A stretch of 64,000 nucleotides of DNA from Vicinamibacteria bacterium (GCA_963422395.1 OY729431.1:1856001-1920000), one strand, 5' to 3'; positions 1-10,478 are shown, counted from the stretch's first letter. Program-made: numbers and translations. The notes: generated by a model from the sequence alone, not told the origin.

Positions 1-1318
1 CGAGCAGATCCTGTGGGCGCACCGGGCCGACCTGAAGGCGCCGGTGACCCCCGGCGCAGCGCTCCTCGTCGCTGCCGACCTGCTCCCCGCCTCCGACGGC
101 ACCGCTCCCTTCGCCATCCACGCGTTTCGGGAGATCAGCGGCGGTGCGATCCACCCCCGCCAGGCGGCGATCGCGAACGACCACTTCGTCTTCACCGGAC
201 GGGAAGCCGACGACCGGCAGACCGCCATCAGCGCCGCCTTCGCCCAGGAGGAGGGCATCGAGTCGCCGTGGTTCGCCACTCCCGGCGACGGCATCTTCCA
301 CTTCTACTTTCCCGAGCAGGGCCTGGTGGTTCCCGGCGCGGTCATCGCGGGAGCCGACAGCCACAGCCGCGCCTACGGGGCCTACGGGGCGCTCGGAGTC
401 GGGGTGGGTTCGACCGCGCTCGGATTCGGATGGGCCACCGGTCGGATCTGGCTCACCCCGCCGCCTGCCCGGCGGGTGGTCTTCACCGGCTCGCTGCCGG
501 CGTGGTCCTCGGGGAAGGATGCGGTGCTGCGCCTCCTCTCGCGCTGGGCGGGTGCCGCAGCTGGAATGTCCGTCGAGTTCGCAGATCCCGGGGGAGTACT
601 GCCCATCGCCTGGCGCAACACGATCTGCAACATGATGGCCGAGGCCGAAGCCTGGAACGGCCTTTTCCCCTTCGATGAGATCACCAGGCGGTGGTTCGGA
701 GATCGGAGGATGGACGAGCTTCCCTACCCGGCGGCAGTTTCGGGGCCGAGCTCCCGATTCGAAACCGAGGAGGTCGTGGATCTTTCGGAGATCGTGCCCC
801 TGGTGGCGAAGCCCCCCGCTCCCGGCAACGCCTGGCCCGCCGACGAAGTGGCGAGAGAGCGGATCGGCTTCGACCGCGCCTACATCGGCTCTTGCACGAA
901 CGGCAGCTACCAGGATCTGCTCTCGGCGGCGCTGGTGATCCGGGCGGCGCGCGAGCGAGGGCACGAGCGGGCCCTGGAGAAGTTCGTGATCTTCCCCGGC
1001 TCGGGCGGGGTGCGGCGGCGCATCGAGCGCGCCGAGCCGCGACTCGGGGGCGAGCCGATCGCCTCGGTGCTGCGGTCCGTGGGGGGCGTGATCCGCAAGT
1101 CCTGGTGCGGCCCCTGTTTCGGGCAGGGCGAAGACGCCCTCACCCCGGGAATGCGGGCGATCACCTCCTTCAACCGCAACTGGGAGAACCGGATGGGCCG
1201 GGGCGGCGAGGGATACCTGGCGAGTCCGGCGGTAGTGGCTTCGTCGGCGCTGCTCGGCTACATCGCTCCCCCTTCGGAACTCGGACTCCGTTGGGACCCG
1301 GAACGATTCGGCGCGTGA
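1..1318 (+). CDS. Aconitase-family (LeuC/homoaconitase-like) large subunit, 5'-truncated by window edge
   Basis: Frame is open from position 2 (EQILWAHR...). Motifs GADSHS, YIGSCTNG and WCGPCFG (4Fe-4S Cys), plus NRNW..RMG. Confidence 0.85.
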   Translation, partial: EQILWAHRADLKAPVTPGAALLVAADLLPASDGTAPFAIHAFREISGGAIHPRQAAIANDHFVFTGREADDRQTAISAAFAQEEGIESPWFATPGDGIFHFYFPEQGLVVPGAVIAGADSHSRAYGAYGALGVGVGSTALGFGWATGRIWLTPPPARRVVFTGSLPAWSSGKDAVLRLLSRWAGAAAGMSVEFADPGGVLPIAWRNTICNMMAEAEAWNGLFPFDEITRRWFGDRRMDELPYPAAVSGPSSRFETEEVVDLSEIVPLVAKPPAPGNAWPADEVARERIGFDRAYIGSCTNGSYQDLLSAALVIRAARERGHERALEKFVIFPGSGGVRRRIERAEPRLGGEPIASVLRSVGGVIRKSWCGPCFGQGEDALTPGMRAITSFNRNWENRMGRGGEGYLASPAVVASSALLGYIAPPSELGLRWDPERFGA

Positions 1319-2979
1319 GCATTCGCCTGCGGGACAGCCAGCCGCCGCTGCCGGTGGACCGGCTGCTCATCGAGACCCCGCCCGGGCCGGACGCGGTTCC
1401 GCTCGATGTGGCCATCGTCGGCGGCGGGCCGGCGGGCCTGGCGGCAGCCATCCGGCTCGCCCGAACGGACGAGGCGAGGGGGAAGGCCGGAGGGGGTGGT
1501 CTGGCCATCGGCGTCTTCGAGAAAGCCGCCGAGCCGGGAGGCCATTGTCTTTCCGGCGCGGTGGTGAATCCGGTGGGCTTCCGGACGCTGTTTCCCGAAC
1601 TCCGGGACCGCGAGTTCCCCCTCCGCAAGCCGGTCACCGCCGAGAGCGTCCACTTCCTGACCGGACGCCGGAGTTTCCGGATCCCGACGCCGCCGACGAT
1701 GCGGAACCGAGGCTGCTACACCGCCTCGATCTCGGAAATGGCACGCTGGCTCGCCGGGCAGGCCGAAGCGCTCGGGGTCGAGATCTTTCCCGGCTTCCCC
1801 GCGGGGTCGCTGCTGGTTTCGGCGGAAAAGCGCGTGCTGGGGCTTCGGACCGTGCCCGCGGGGCTGCGGCAGGACGGAACCCGGAGGCCGGACTTCGAGC
1901 CGGCCGCCGAGGTCTCCGCCCGGATCGTCATCCTCGCCGAGGGCGCGCGGGGGCCCCTGGGACAGGCCTGGCGGAAGCGCCTTTCGATCGCCTCGCCGAA
2001 CCCCCCGATCTTCGCGCTCGGGGTCAAGGAACTGTGGAAGTCGGAGAACCCGCCGCCCGGGATCGTCCACACCGTCGGCTATCCCCTGCCCCGGAGCGCT
2101 TTCGGCGGAGGCTTCCTCTATCCGATGGGCGAGGGGCTCTCGGCGCTGGGGATGGTGGTCGGGCTCGACGCCCCCGCCGAAGCGCTCGATGTGCACGCGA
2201 TGCTGCAGCGGTTGAAAGCCCACCCCCGGATCCGCCCGCACCTCGACGGCGGCGAATGCCTCGAATGGGGAGCACGGCTGATCCCCGAAGGAGGAGCGGG
2301 CTCGCTCCCCGAACGGCTCTCGGGCGAAGGACTGCTCCTCGTCGGGGACGCCGCCGGATTCGTGGATGTACCTTCGCTGAAGGGAATCCACTACGCGATG
2401 CTCTCCGGCATCCTCGCCGCCGACGCCGCCGAGGCGCATCTGCGCGCCGGAGCACCGCTCTCCCGGTACGACGCCGCGATCGCGGACAGCCCGATCCTCG
2501 TGGATCTGAGGCGCACCCGGAACATGCGGCCGGCGTTCCAGCGCGGGTTCTGGACCGGCGCTGCGGTCTCGGCACTCGCGACGATCACCGGGGGCGCCCT
2601 GCCCCGGGGAACGCTTTCGGTCACCGCGGATGCGGCGGTCCCCCGCGAGGTTCTCGCACCCGGAACCAGCGGCGGACCGAAGCGCGGGACGGGCCGAGAG
2701 CAGGATTCCCAACTGCCGGGTCTCGGGAAGCTCGACGGGGTCTTCCTCTCGGGAAACAACACCCGAGACGACCTGCCGAACCACTTGGTGGTTCCCGAGG
2801 CCCCGCCGCCCGGAGCCGCCGCCCTCTGGGAGCGGATGTGTCCGGCCGGGGTGTACGAAACGCGCAGCGGGCTGACCGTGCATCCGGCGAACTGCGTGGA
2901 CTGCCGCGCCGCCGATGTCCTCGGACCGCGCTGGACCCCCCGTGAGGGAGGCACCGGGCCCCGCTGGCGCCGGATGTAA
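1315..2979 (+). CDS. Electron transfer flavoprotein-ubiquinone oxidoreductase (FixC/ETF-QO-like)
   Basis: GTG overlaps the upstream TGA. DVAIVGGGPAGL FAD motif, LSGAV, KGIHYAM, and C-terminal CPAGVYE..NCVDC. Confidence 0.9.
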   Translation: MSIRLRDSQPPLPVDRLLIETPPGPDAVPLDVAIVGGGPAGLAAAIRLARTDEARGKAGGGGLAIGVFEKAAEPGGHCLSGAVVNPVGFRTLFPELRDREFPLRKPVTAESVHFLTGRRSFRIPTPPTMRNRGCYTASISEMARWLAGQAEALGVEIFPGFPAGSLLVSAEKRVLGLRTVPAGLRQDGTRRPDFEPAAEVSARIVILAEGARGPLGQAWRKRLSIASPNPPIFALGVKELWKSENPPPGIVHTVGYPLPRSAFGGGFLYPMGEGLSALGMVVGLDAPAEALDVHAMLQRLKAHPRIRPHLDGGECLEWGARLIPEGGAGSLPERLSGEGLLLVGDAAGFVDVPSLKGIHYAMLSGILAADAAEAHLRAGAPLSRYDAAIADSPILVDLRRTRNMRPAFQRGFWTGAAVSALATITGGALPRGTLSVTADAAVPREVLAPGTSGGPKRGTGREQDSQLPGLGKLDGVFLSGNNTRDDLPNHLVVPEAPPPGAAALWERMCPAGVYETRSGLTVHPANCVDCRAADVLGPRWTPREGGTGPRWRRM

Positions 2980-3001
2980 CCGCGGCCCCGGGGGTATCTC
3001 G

Positions 3002-4429
3002 CTAAGCCCGCGTCGCCCCCTGCGACAGGTAGTCGAGCAGATCGATGGGAGTGAGGATCCCCGCGGTGCGCCCGCCCTCGCGGACCACGCTGATCCGGCC
3101 GCCGGCGAAGATCTGCGCGAGCGCGTCGAGCGGACTCTCGGCGTCGAGCGACTCGACGGCACCCCTCCGCACGAAGGCGCGGATGCTGTCTTCTCCCCGG
3201 CCCGGGCCGCCGGCGAGGAGCCCCTCGAGCAGGGTCGCCTCCGAAACGACCCCGACGAATTCTTCGCCGTCACCGACCGGCAGCTGGGAGACATCGTGCT
3301 CCCGCATCAGCGCCACCACCTCGCGCACGCCGGCTGTCTCGGAAACGCTCAGGATCTCGCCGGCGCCCTTGGCGGCGAGCACATCGCCCACTCGTCCGGC
3401 ATCGAAACCGGAATCGAGAAATCCGTTCTGGCGCATCCAGTCATCGCTGAAGATCTTGGACAGATAGCGGCCGCCCGCATCGGGTGCGATCACCACCACC
3501 AGAGCGCCCTCCGGCAGCGCCGCCGCCACTCGCAGCGCCGCCGCCACTGCGGTTCCGGCGGAGCCGCCCACGAAGAGGCCCTCCTCGCGCGCGAGCCTCC
3601 GGGTGATGAGGAAGGAATCCCGGTCGGTGATCCGGAGCACTTCGTCCACCACTGCGAAATCCATCGTGGTGGGGATGAAGTCCTCGCCGATCCCCTCGAC
3701 CTTGTAGCTGCAGGCCTGTCCCAATTTCCCGGTGCGGAAGTACTCGTCGTAGAGCGACCCCACCGGATCGGCCCCGACCACCCGGATGTCCGGGTTCTGC
3801 TCTTTCAGGTAGCGCCCGGTCCCGGAGATCGTGCCTCCGGTGCCGAGACCGCAGACCAGGGTGTGGAGTTCGGGCCCCACCTGCCCCCAGAGTTCCGGCC
3901 CGGTGGTGCGGTAGTGGGTCTCCGGATTCACCGGGTTGTGGTACTGGTTCGCGTAGAGCGAGTCTTCGGTCTCTTCTGCAAGCCGCCGGGCCACGCTGTA
4001 GTAGCTGCGCGGGTCTTCGGGTTCCACCGCGGTCGGAGTGACGACCACTTCGGCGCCCAGCGCCCGCAGCGCCCGGATCTTCTCGTCGCTCATCTTGTCG
4101 GGCATGACGAAGATCGAGCGGTAGCCCTTGACCGCCGCCACCAGCGCCAGCCCCATCCCGGTGTTCCCCGAAGTGGCCTCGATGATCGTGCCGCCGGGCC
4201 GCAGCTCCCCGCGCCGCTCGGCATCCTCGATGATCGAGATCGCGATCCGGTCCTTGACCGAACCGCCCGGATTGAACGATTCCATCTTGACTGCGATCCG
4301 GCCGGGCAAACCCTGTCCGAGGCGGCGCAACCCGACGAGAGGAGTGTCCCCGACGGTATCGAGAATGGTGCCTCGGATGATGGCAGCCGCTCCAGCTCCT
4401 GCCGCCATCCCGCCGTCAGCTCCCGTCAT
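3002..4429 (-). CDS. Cystathionine beta-synthase/cysteine synthase with C-terminal CBS domains
   Basis: NPGGSVKDR PLP lysine, EATSGNTG, GLGTGGT, VEGIGEDF, CBS pair. Start taken at the ATGA overlap with the upstream gene. Confidence 0.9.
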   Translation of the reverse strand: MTGADGGMAAGAGAAAIIRGTILDTVGDTPLVGLRRLGQGLPGRIAVKMESFNPGGSVKDRIAISIIEDAERRGELRPGGTIIEATSGNTGMGLALVAAVKGYRSIFVMPDKMSDEKIRALRALGAEVVVTPTAVEPEDPRSYYSVARRLAEETEDSLYANQYHNPVNPETHYRTTGPELWGQVGPELHTLVCGLGTGGTISGTGRYLKEQNPDIRVVGADPVGSLYDEYFRTGKLGQACSYKVEGIGEDFIPTTMDFAVVDEVLRITDRDSFLITRRLAREEGLFVGGSAGTAVAAALRVAAALPEGALVVVIAPDAGGRYLSKIFSDDWMRQNGFLDSGFDAGRVGDVLAAKGAGEILSVSETAGVREVVALMREHDVSQLPVGDGEEFVGVVSEATLLEGLLAGGPGRGEDSIRAFVRRGAVESLDAESPLDALAQIFAGGRISVVREGGRTAGILTPIDLLDYLSQGATRA

Positions 4430-6075
4430 CGTCCGGAGGACCCCGCTTCGGGCCGCCAGTGCGGCCACAGCACCTTTCCGGGCCGGGCGCCGGTGTGCTC
4501 ACCGTCTTCCAGCACGAAGACGCCGCCGACCAGCGCGTGGACGATTCCTTCGGCCAGCGCGTGCGGATCCTCGTAGGTCGCGGTATCGGTGAAGTTCGGG
4601 AGGTCCACCACCAGCAGGTCGGCCACCTTTCCCGGCGCGATCTGCCCCCGGTCGCGCATCCGAAAGACGCTCGCGGGCAGGCTGGTCATCCCGCGCACCG
4701 CTTCGGCCGCGGTCAGGACTCCGCGCTCCCGGACATAACGGGCGAGGCGCCGGGGAAAAGCGCCGTAGAAGCGGGGATGCGGCCGGCCTTCGCTCGCCGG
4801 CACCAAGCCGCCGTCGGAAGAGCCCATCGTCCATTCGCGGGTCATGATGTGGACGATGTCGCCCTCCGACATGTTGAAGGACACCAGCCCAGCTCCCCCG
4901 GAGTCGAGCAGCCGGAGCGCGGCGTCCACCGGCTCGATCCCCCATTCCGCCGCCAGTTCGGAAAGTCGAAGCCCTTCGAGCGAAGGGTCAGCGCGGTGGC
5001 GGGAGAGGAGCAGCGTCGGCGCGCCGCCGCGGCGTTCGAGCGCCTCCAGCATGTCGGCACGGAGGCGAGTCCGCTCCGCCGGATTCGCGAGCCGCCCCTC
5101 GAGCGGCGACGGCATCCCCGGCATCGTCTCCCCAGCGAGCGCCCAGCGGGGTACCAGGGCGCCGACGATGCTCGTGCCGGAGGCCTCGTACGGGTACTGG
5201 TCGGCGAACACCTCGATCCCCCGGGCGCGGGCCTCGCGGATGGCCTCGGCCGCTTCGCGGGAAAGCCCCCAGACTGGCGGCCCGAGGGCCTTGAAATGGG
5301 TCACCACCCCCCGAATCCCATGGGTCTCGGCAACCTCGACGACTTCCCCGACCGCCGCCACCAGGCCGATGCCGTAGTCGCTCTCGTCGCGGATGTGGCT
5401 CACGAAGGCGCCATGAGGGGTGATCTCGCCGGCGAGCTGCACCACTTCGTCGTTCGCGGCGTAGCTGCCGGGGGCGTAGTAGAGCCCCCCGGTCATGCCG
5501 AACGCGCCCGCCTCCATCCCGGCACGCACCAGAGCGGCCATCCGTCCGAGTTCCTCTTCGGTCGGCGGCCGGTCCTCCATGCCGAGCACTTCGCGGCGCA
5601 CCGCGCCGTGGCCGATCATCAGGGCCACATGGATGCCGATCCCGCCGTCTTCGAGCGCGCGGCGCTGTCCTTCGAGATCCACCGGACCGCCCCCGTCGGG
5701 ATTCACCATCGCGGTGGTGATCCCCTGCCGGATCAGCGGCAGACCGGCGTTCAATTCCGGATCGAGGAGGCCGGACGCCGCGTGGGAATGGGGATCGATG
5801 AAACCCGGCATCACCGTGAGCCCCCGGATGTCGAGCTCGCGGGTGCCGGCTGGAAGATCCGCTGCCGCGAGGATTCCGACCTGCCGGATGCGGCCTTCGG
5901 CGACGAGGACATCACCCCGATACCAGGGATTTCCGGTGCCGTCCAGGATCTGCCCGCCCCGAAGCACGATCCCCGGTGCCTCGGCGATCTCGGGCGCGGG
6001 GGCGTCCGGGCAGGCGGTTGCGAACGCCGCCCCGATCGCCGCCGCCGCCAGTATCCGTGTCCGCCCCGCGCTCAC
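4426..6075 (-). CDS. N-acyl-D-amino-acid deacylase (amidohydrolase), probable lipoprotein
   Basis: PGFIDPHSH, SHIRDE, HPRFYGAFPR. N-terminal signal ending ATAC; GTG start at 6075. Confidence 0.85.
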   Translation of the reverse strand: MSAGRTRILAAAAIGAAFATACPDAPAPEIAEAPGIVLRGGQILDGTGNPWYRGDVLVAEGRIRQVGILAAADLPAGTRELDIRGLTVMPGFIDPHSHAASGLLDPELNAGLPLIRQGITTAMVNPDGGGPVDLEGQRRALEDGGIGIHVALMIGHGAVRREVLGMEDRPPTEEELGRMAALVRAGMEAGAFGMTGGLYYAPGSYAANDEVVQLAGEITPHGAFVSHIRDESDYGIGLVAAVGEVVEVAETHGIRGVVTHFKALGPPVWGLSREAAEAIREARARGIEVFADQYPYEASGTSIVGALVPRWALAGETMPGMPSPLEGRLANPAERTRLRADMLEALERRGGAPTLLLSRHRADPSLEGLRLSELAAEWGIEPVDAALRLLDSGGAGLVSFNMSEGDIVHIMTREWTMGSSDGGLVPASEGRPHPRFYGAFPRRLARYVRERGVLTAAEAVRGMTSLPASVFRMRDRGQIAPGKVADLLVVDLPNFTDTATYEDPHALAEGIVHALVGGVFVLEDGEHTGARPGKVLWPHWRPEAGSSGR

Positions 6076-6243
6076 CGCTCCATCGTAAGGGAAAACAGGC
6101 CGGGGCGCGCCGGGTCCCCGCCGCCGAACCGCCCCTTCCCCGGGCACCCGGCGTCCGCGATCGGCCGGGCGCAGCGCCGGGGATCGGTTTCGACTCCCGG
6201 GCGGCTCATATACTGATCCGCGAGACGGTAGAAGGAAGGGCGA

Positions 6244-6987
6244 TTGCGCACAGCGGCCATCATTCCGACCCGGAAGGGGGCGGCGGAAATCGAGAGGCTC
6301 CTGTCGGCGATTCCGGCGGGGCTGCTGAGCGAGGTGATCGTGGTGGCACGATCCGCCGCTGACGAGATTTCGGCAGTCGCCGGGAAGCAAGGCAGCGCCG
6401 TGGTGCTTCCGGAGCCCGGTGCGGGCTTCGGACGGGCCTGTCTCGCGGGGATCGCCCACCTCGCCGGGTCCCCGCCCGATGCGGTGGTGTTCTTCGGCGG
6501 CGAGAGCGTCTCGAATCCGGCGGAGCTCCCGGCGCTCTTCGCTCCGTTCGGCGCGCCGGGGGTGGATCTGGTGGTGGGATCGCGAGTGCGCGGGAGCGCC
6601 CGGCGGCGGAGCGCGGGTGTCGTGAACCGATTGGCCGCCGGCGTCATCCGACTCCGCACCGGCTACCGCTTCACCGACCTTTCCCCGATCTGCGCCATTC
6701 GCTGGGAGGCGCTGGCCCGCCTCGGGATGCGGGATCCCGACTACGGCTTTTCTGCCGAGCTGCTCTCGAAGGCCGCCCGCGCCCGCATTCCCGCAGCCGA
6801 GGTCCCGGTTTCCTCCCGCCGACCGGATCCGCCGCGAGAATCCGCCCCTTCGGCTCCGGCAGGTTCCTCGTTCGTCCGGGGGCTCAAGATCCTCCTCACC
6901 GTCCTGGCGCCGCCTCCCGGAATCCGGAGTGACGACAAGGAAGCAGGGGCCCCGGCCGCCGAGAACGGGGCTGCTATGGCCGTATGA
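6244..6987 (+). CDS. Glycosyltransferase family 2-like protein with degenerate catalytic motifs
   Basis: GT2 layout (IIP..., GFGRACLAG, DLVVGSR, FTDL.P..AIR) but the usual acidic motifs are absent. Confidence 0.7.
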   Translation: MRTAAIIPTRKGAAEIERLLSAIPAGLLSEVIVVARSAADEISAVAGKQGSAVVLPEPGAGFGRACLAGIAHLAGSPPDAVVFFGGESVSNPAELPALFAPFGAPGVDLVVGSRVRGSARRRSAGVVNRLAAGVIRLRTGYRFTDLSPICAIRWEALARLGMRDPDYGFSAELLSKAARARIPAAEVPVSSRRPDPPRESAPSAPAGSSFVRGLKILLTVLAPPPGIRSDDKEAGAPAAENGAAMAV

Positions 6988-7012
6988 CTTCGGAAACAGG
7001 CTGCTGACGGCC

Positions 7013-8428
7013 ATGCTGCGGCGCACCAAGATCATCGCCACCCTGGGTCCGGCAACGGCTTCGGCGCCCGCCGTCGAGGCGCTCGTGGAGGCCGGCATGG
7101 ATGTCGCGCGGTTCAACTGCGCCCATGAGACCGCATCGAGCCTCCAAAAGCGCATCCGCGTCATCCGCCGGGCTTCGAAGAAGTACGGGCGGGCGATCGC
7201 GACCATGGCCGATCTCGCCGGGCCCAAGATGCGCACCGGGGAAGTTCCCGAAGAAGGCGTCGAACTCACCGCGGGAGCGCGCTTCATCCTCACCACCCGG
7301 AAAGTCCCGGGCAGCGCCGAAGCGGTCTCGACCACCTACGCCCAGTTGCCCCGCGATGTCCGCCCCGGCGACTCGATCCTGCTCGACGACGGGCTGCTCC
7401 AGCTGCGAGTGGTCGAGGCGCGGAACCAGGATGTCGATACCGAGGTGGTGGTGGGCGGCCTGCTCCTCTCCCGGAAGGGACTCAACCTGCCGGGGGTGCC
7501 GCTCTCGGGCCCTTCGTTGACCGTCAAGGACCGCTCCGACCTGAAAGCCGCAGTCGCTGCGGGCGTGGATTACCTCGCAGTGTCCTTCGTGCAGCGCCCC
7601 CGCGACATCGAAACGGTGCGGGGCTTGCTGGCGAACCTCGACCGGGAAGATCTGCCGATCGTCGCCAAGATCGAACGGCCCGAGGCGCTCGAGAACCTCG
7701 AGCGGATCCTCGCGGTTTCGGACGGCGTGATGGTCGCCCGCGGCGACCTCGGCGTCGAAACTTCCTCGGAGCGGGTGCCGGTGATCCAGAAACGGGTGAT
7801 CCGGGAAGCGAACTCGCGGGGCAGGATCGCCATCACCGCGACTCAGATGCTGGATTCGATGATCTCCCACCCCTTCCCCACCCGGGCCGAGGCCTCCGAT
7901 GTGGCGAACGCCATCCTCGACGGCAGCGACGCGGTCATGCTCTCGGGAGAAACCTCGGTGGGGAAGTACGCGGCGGAGGCGGTCCGCACCCTCGACCGCC
8001 TCGCCGCCTACACCGAACAACACGCCGACTTCGGCGAACAGCCGCACTATCAGGCCCTGATCGACCGAAGCCGGGTGGAACACGCGGTAGCGGCGGCCGC
8101 TCGGGAAGCGGCGGCCACCGTGGAGGCCGTCTGCATCATCGCGTTCACCGACTCGGGGGCTACCGTCCGGCAAGTGAGCCGGTTGCGGCCGCCCTGCGGG
8201 ATCTTCGGCTTCACGACTTCCGAACGCGTCTATCGGCGGCTCGCCCTCCGCTGGGGCGTCCGGCCGATGCGGAACCGCCGGTTTCGCACCACCGACGCGA
8301 TGCTGAGGAGCGCCCTCGACGGGCTCCGCTCCGAGCGGTTCGTCGCCGCCGGTGACCGGGTGGTCCTCGTGTGCGGCACCACCCAGCTGAGCGGCGCCAC
8401 GAACATGATGAAGGTGGAGATCCTCTGA
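7013..8428 (+). CDS. pyk: Pyruvate kinase
   Basis: RRTKIIATLGP, DLAGPKMR, IVAKIE, MVARGDLG, TQMLDSM, MLSGET. Confidence 0.97.
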   Translation: MLRRTKIIATLGPATASAPAVEALVEAGMDVARFNCAHETASSLQKRIRVIRRASKKYGRAIATMADLAGPKMRTGEVPEEGVELTAGARFILTTRKVPGSAEAVSTTYAQLPRDVRPGDSILLDDGLLQLRVVEARNQDVDTEVVVGGLLLSRKGLNLPGVPLSGPSLTVKDRSDLKAAVAAGVDYLAVSFVQRPRDIETVRGLLANLDREDLPIVAKIERPEALENLERILAVSDGVMVARGDLGVETSSERVPVIQKRVIREANSRGRIAITATQMLDSMISHPFPTRAEASDVANAILDGSDAVMLSGETSVGKYAAEAVRTLDRLAAYTEQHADFGEQPHYQALIDRSRVEHAVAAAAREAAATVEAVCIIAFTDSGATVRQVSRLRPPCGIFGFTTSERVYRRLALRWGVRPMRNRRFRTTDAMLRSALDGLRSERFVAAGDRVVLVCGTTQLSGATNMMKVEIL

Positions 8429-8462
8429 GGGTGTCCCTCGGGACAGCCGGCGGTCTTTTTTC
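8429..8462 (+). terminator. Possible intrinsic terminator between convergent genes
   Basis: TGTCCC-TC-GGGACA hairpin with a T6 run shortly downstream of the pyk stop. Confidence 0.3.
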
Positions 8463-8463
8463 G

Positions 8464-10014
8464 TCAGGCGGGCACGAAGATGCCGTGGAAACCCAGCGGC
8501 AGGGGGTAGCGCAGCCGGCCCACCGCGAGCGGGCCCTCGCCGATGCGCTCGGCGTCGAAAACCGCGATCTGGGTGATCTCCCGGTCGAGGTCCAGCGCGG
8601 TGCCGAGAACCCAGCCGGCCTCCTGCGTCTCTCCTCCGGGGCGGGGCACGAAGATGTGCTCCTCGGGCAGGAAGCGGTCTCCGTAGAAGTGGGTTTCCGC
8701 TTCGCCGGTCGAAAGATCCCAGCGCGCCACCCGATCCAGCCGGCGAGGCAGAGTCCCGGAACGACGGGCCGGGGCGCTCGCCAGGCTATAGACATGGCGG
8801 TGCCGTTTGCCCACCGCGCCGGGATGCACTCGGGGAAACTCCGCCGCCCGCTCGAACAGCTGCTGCTCGACGAGGTCCCCCTCGCCGAGCGCGACCTGGG
8901 CGAGGCGGGTGGGTCCGGTCGGAGCCCGCAAGACGCCGCGCATGACCTCGCGGAAGGTCTCGGTCAGTTCGGTCGCGTCCGGTGCCACACAGTAGTCGAA
9001 CCGGATGGCATCTCCGTCTTCCCAGGCGTTGCCGAAATGGAAGGTGAAGCCCGCCGGCAACTGCCACCACCGCCGGTTCGCGAAGTCGTCCTTGCGCACC
9101 GCGAGTACGCGAGTGCCGAGCTCCGGCCGCCAGACCTGGGCGTCGAGCAAGCTGGCCTCGGGGGACAGCCTCTCGGGGTCGAATACCAGCGGCGGCAGGA
9201 CGAAGACCAGATGGTGGGCGGTAACGGCGAAGTCGTGGACCATGCCGAGCGGAGCGGCGGCGACCTTTCCAACCGCGGCCACCGCGCCCGCCGCATCGAT
9301 TCGGTAGAGCACCAGCAGGCCCCGGAGGAAGTCGTAGCCGAACGCCCAGAGCGTGCCGTCGGGCTCGACCTTCGGATGCGCGGTGAAGGGCGCGCCGATC
9401 AGGTCGTTCCGCCAAACCTTCGGACCCAGGGTTTCCAGGGACTCGGGATCGAGGCGATACGGTGAGCCGGCCTCCCACAGCGCCAGCAGTTCACCCGCAT
9501 GGTGCAGGAGGCTGATGTTCGCGGGGTTCATCGCATCCGGGCCGGTCAGCGGCCGGCCGTCGGCCAGGGGAGTACCGAATCCCGGCCACAGCATTCGTCC
9601 GGCGTCCTGTTCCGCCTGCCGCTTGGCGGTGGCGACGAACCGGCCCCGATGGCGAATCCGGCCGCCGCCCATGGTGAATGCCTGGACCATGCCGTCGCCG
9701 TCGAACCAGTGGTGGTACCGCCGGCCGCCGACCTCATGACCCGCCGGGCCGTTCCGGTAGAAGACGCCGGCGAGTTCTTCCGGCCAACGCCCTTCTACGG
9801 CCAGGTCCTCGTCCCCGAGACTCTCGGCCGCGATCCCCTGCCAGCCGAGCAGGGCGGGATTCGCGGCCCGGGCGGCGTCGAAGTCCTGTTTCCAGCGATC
9901 TCCTCGGGAGAGGCGCCGGGCTCCGGCAGGAAGCGCCCAAAGGGCGCCCGGCAATCCCATCGCACCGATCGCGGCAGCCGCGAGGAACTCTCTCCTCTGC
10001 TTCGGTGCGCTCAT
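8464..10014 (-). CDS. Carotenoid oxygenase (RPE65/lignostilbene dioxygenase) family protein, Tat-exported
   Basis: RREFL Tat signal, YRNGP, HWFDGDGM, FTAHPK, MVHDF, FHFGNA, EFPR, GFHG (four Fe-binding His). Confidence 0.92.
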   Translation of the reverse strand: MSAPKQRREFLAAAAIGAMGLPGALWALPAGARRLSRGDRWKQDFDAARAANPALLGWQGIAAESLGDEDLAVEGRWPEELAGVFYRNGPAGHEVGGRRYHHWFDGDGMVQAFTMGGGRIRHRGRFVATAKRQAEQDAGRMLWPGFGTPLADGRPLTGPDAMNPANISLLHHAGELLALWEAGSPYRLDPESLETLGPKVWRNDLIGAPFTAHPKVEPDGTLWAFGYDFLRGLLVLYRIDAAGAVAAVGKVAAAPLGMVHDFAVTAHHLVFVLPPLVFDPERLSPEASLLDAQVWRPELGTRVLAVRKDDFANRRWWQLPAGFTFHFGNAWEDGDAIRFDYCVAPDATELTETFREVMRGVLRAPTGPTRLAQVALGEGDLVEQQLFERAAEFPRVHPGAVGKRHRHVYSLASAPARRSGTLPRRLDRVARWDLSTGEAETHFYGDRFLPEEHIFVPRPGGETQEAGWVLGTALDLDREITQIAVFDAERIGEGPLAVGRLRYPLPLGFHGIFVPA

Positions 10015-10478
10015 CGTACCGATCCTCCCGAGCGATAGATCAGTTCGGCGTCGGTCGAGACCGTCTCGCCGGCGGCGGACACCTCGACCGCCGCCTGCTC
10101 GAAATCCGGCGGCCCGAACCGCCCATCGGCACTGCGGCTGAAGCCGAAGCCCTCGGTGGGGAAGTCGTGGAAGTCGGTGTCCAGCTCATCGTTGCCGTTC
10201 TCGTCGTGGAAGACCGCGACCGCGTAGCGGCCCGCCGGCAGGTCGGTGAAGACGAACCGGAGCACCCCGGGGGCGGCCCTCCTCCAATGCGCGGCCACCG
10301 CAGCCTCGGCATCGGGGAAGTCGTCCGCGCCGGCCTGGTGGTGGAGAGCCGCCATCACTCTCCCGGAATCGTGCGCGACCGAACGCACGGTGACCTCCAG
10401 GTCATCGCCGAATCCGGGCGGCGCTGCCGCCAAGATCGCCAGGGCGGCGGAAAAGAACGATGTCGTGATCTTTGGCAT
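10011..10478 (-). CDS. DUF2141 domain protein, secreted
   Basis: Signal peptide; GRYAVAVFHDENGN..LD..P.EGFGFS..GPPDF signature. Confidence 0.88.
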   Translation of the reverse strand: MPKITTSFFSAALAILAAAPPGFGDDLEVTVRSVAHDSGRVMAALHHQAGADDFPDAEAAVAAHWRRAAPGVLRFVFTDLPAGRYAVAVFHDENGNDELDTDFHDFPTEGFGFSRSADGRFGPPDFEQAAVEVSAAGETVSTDAELIYRSGGSVR

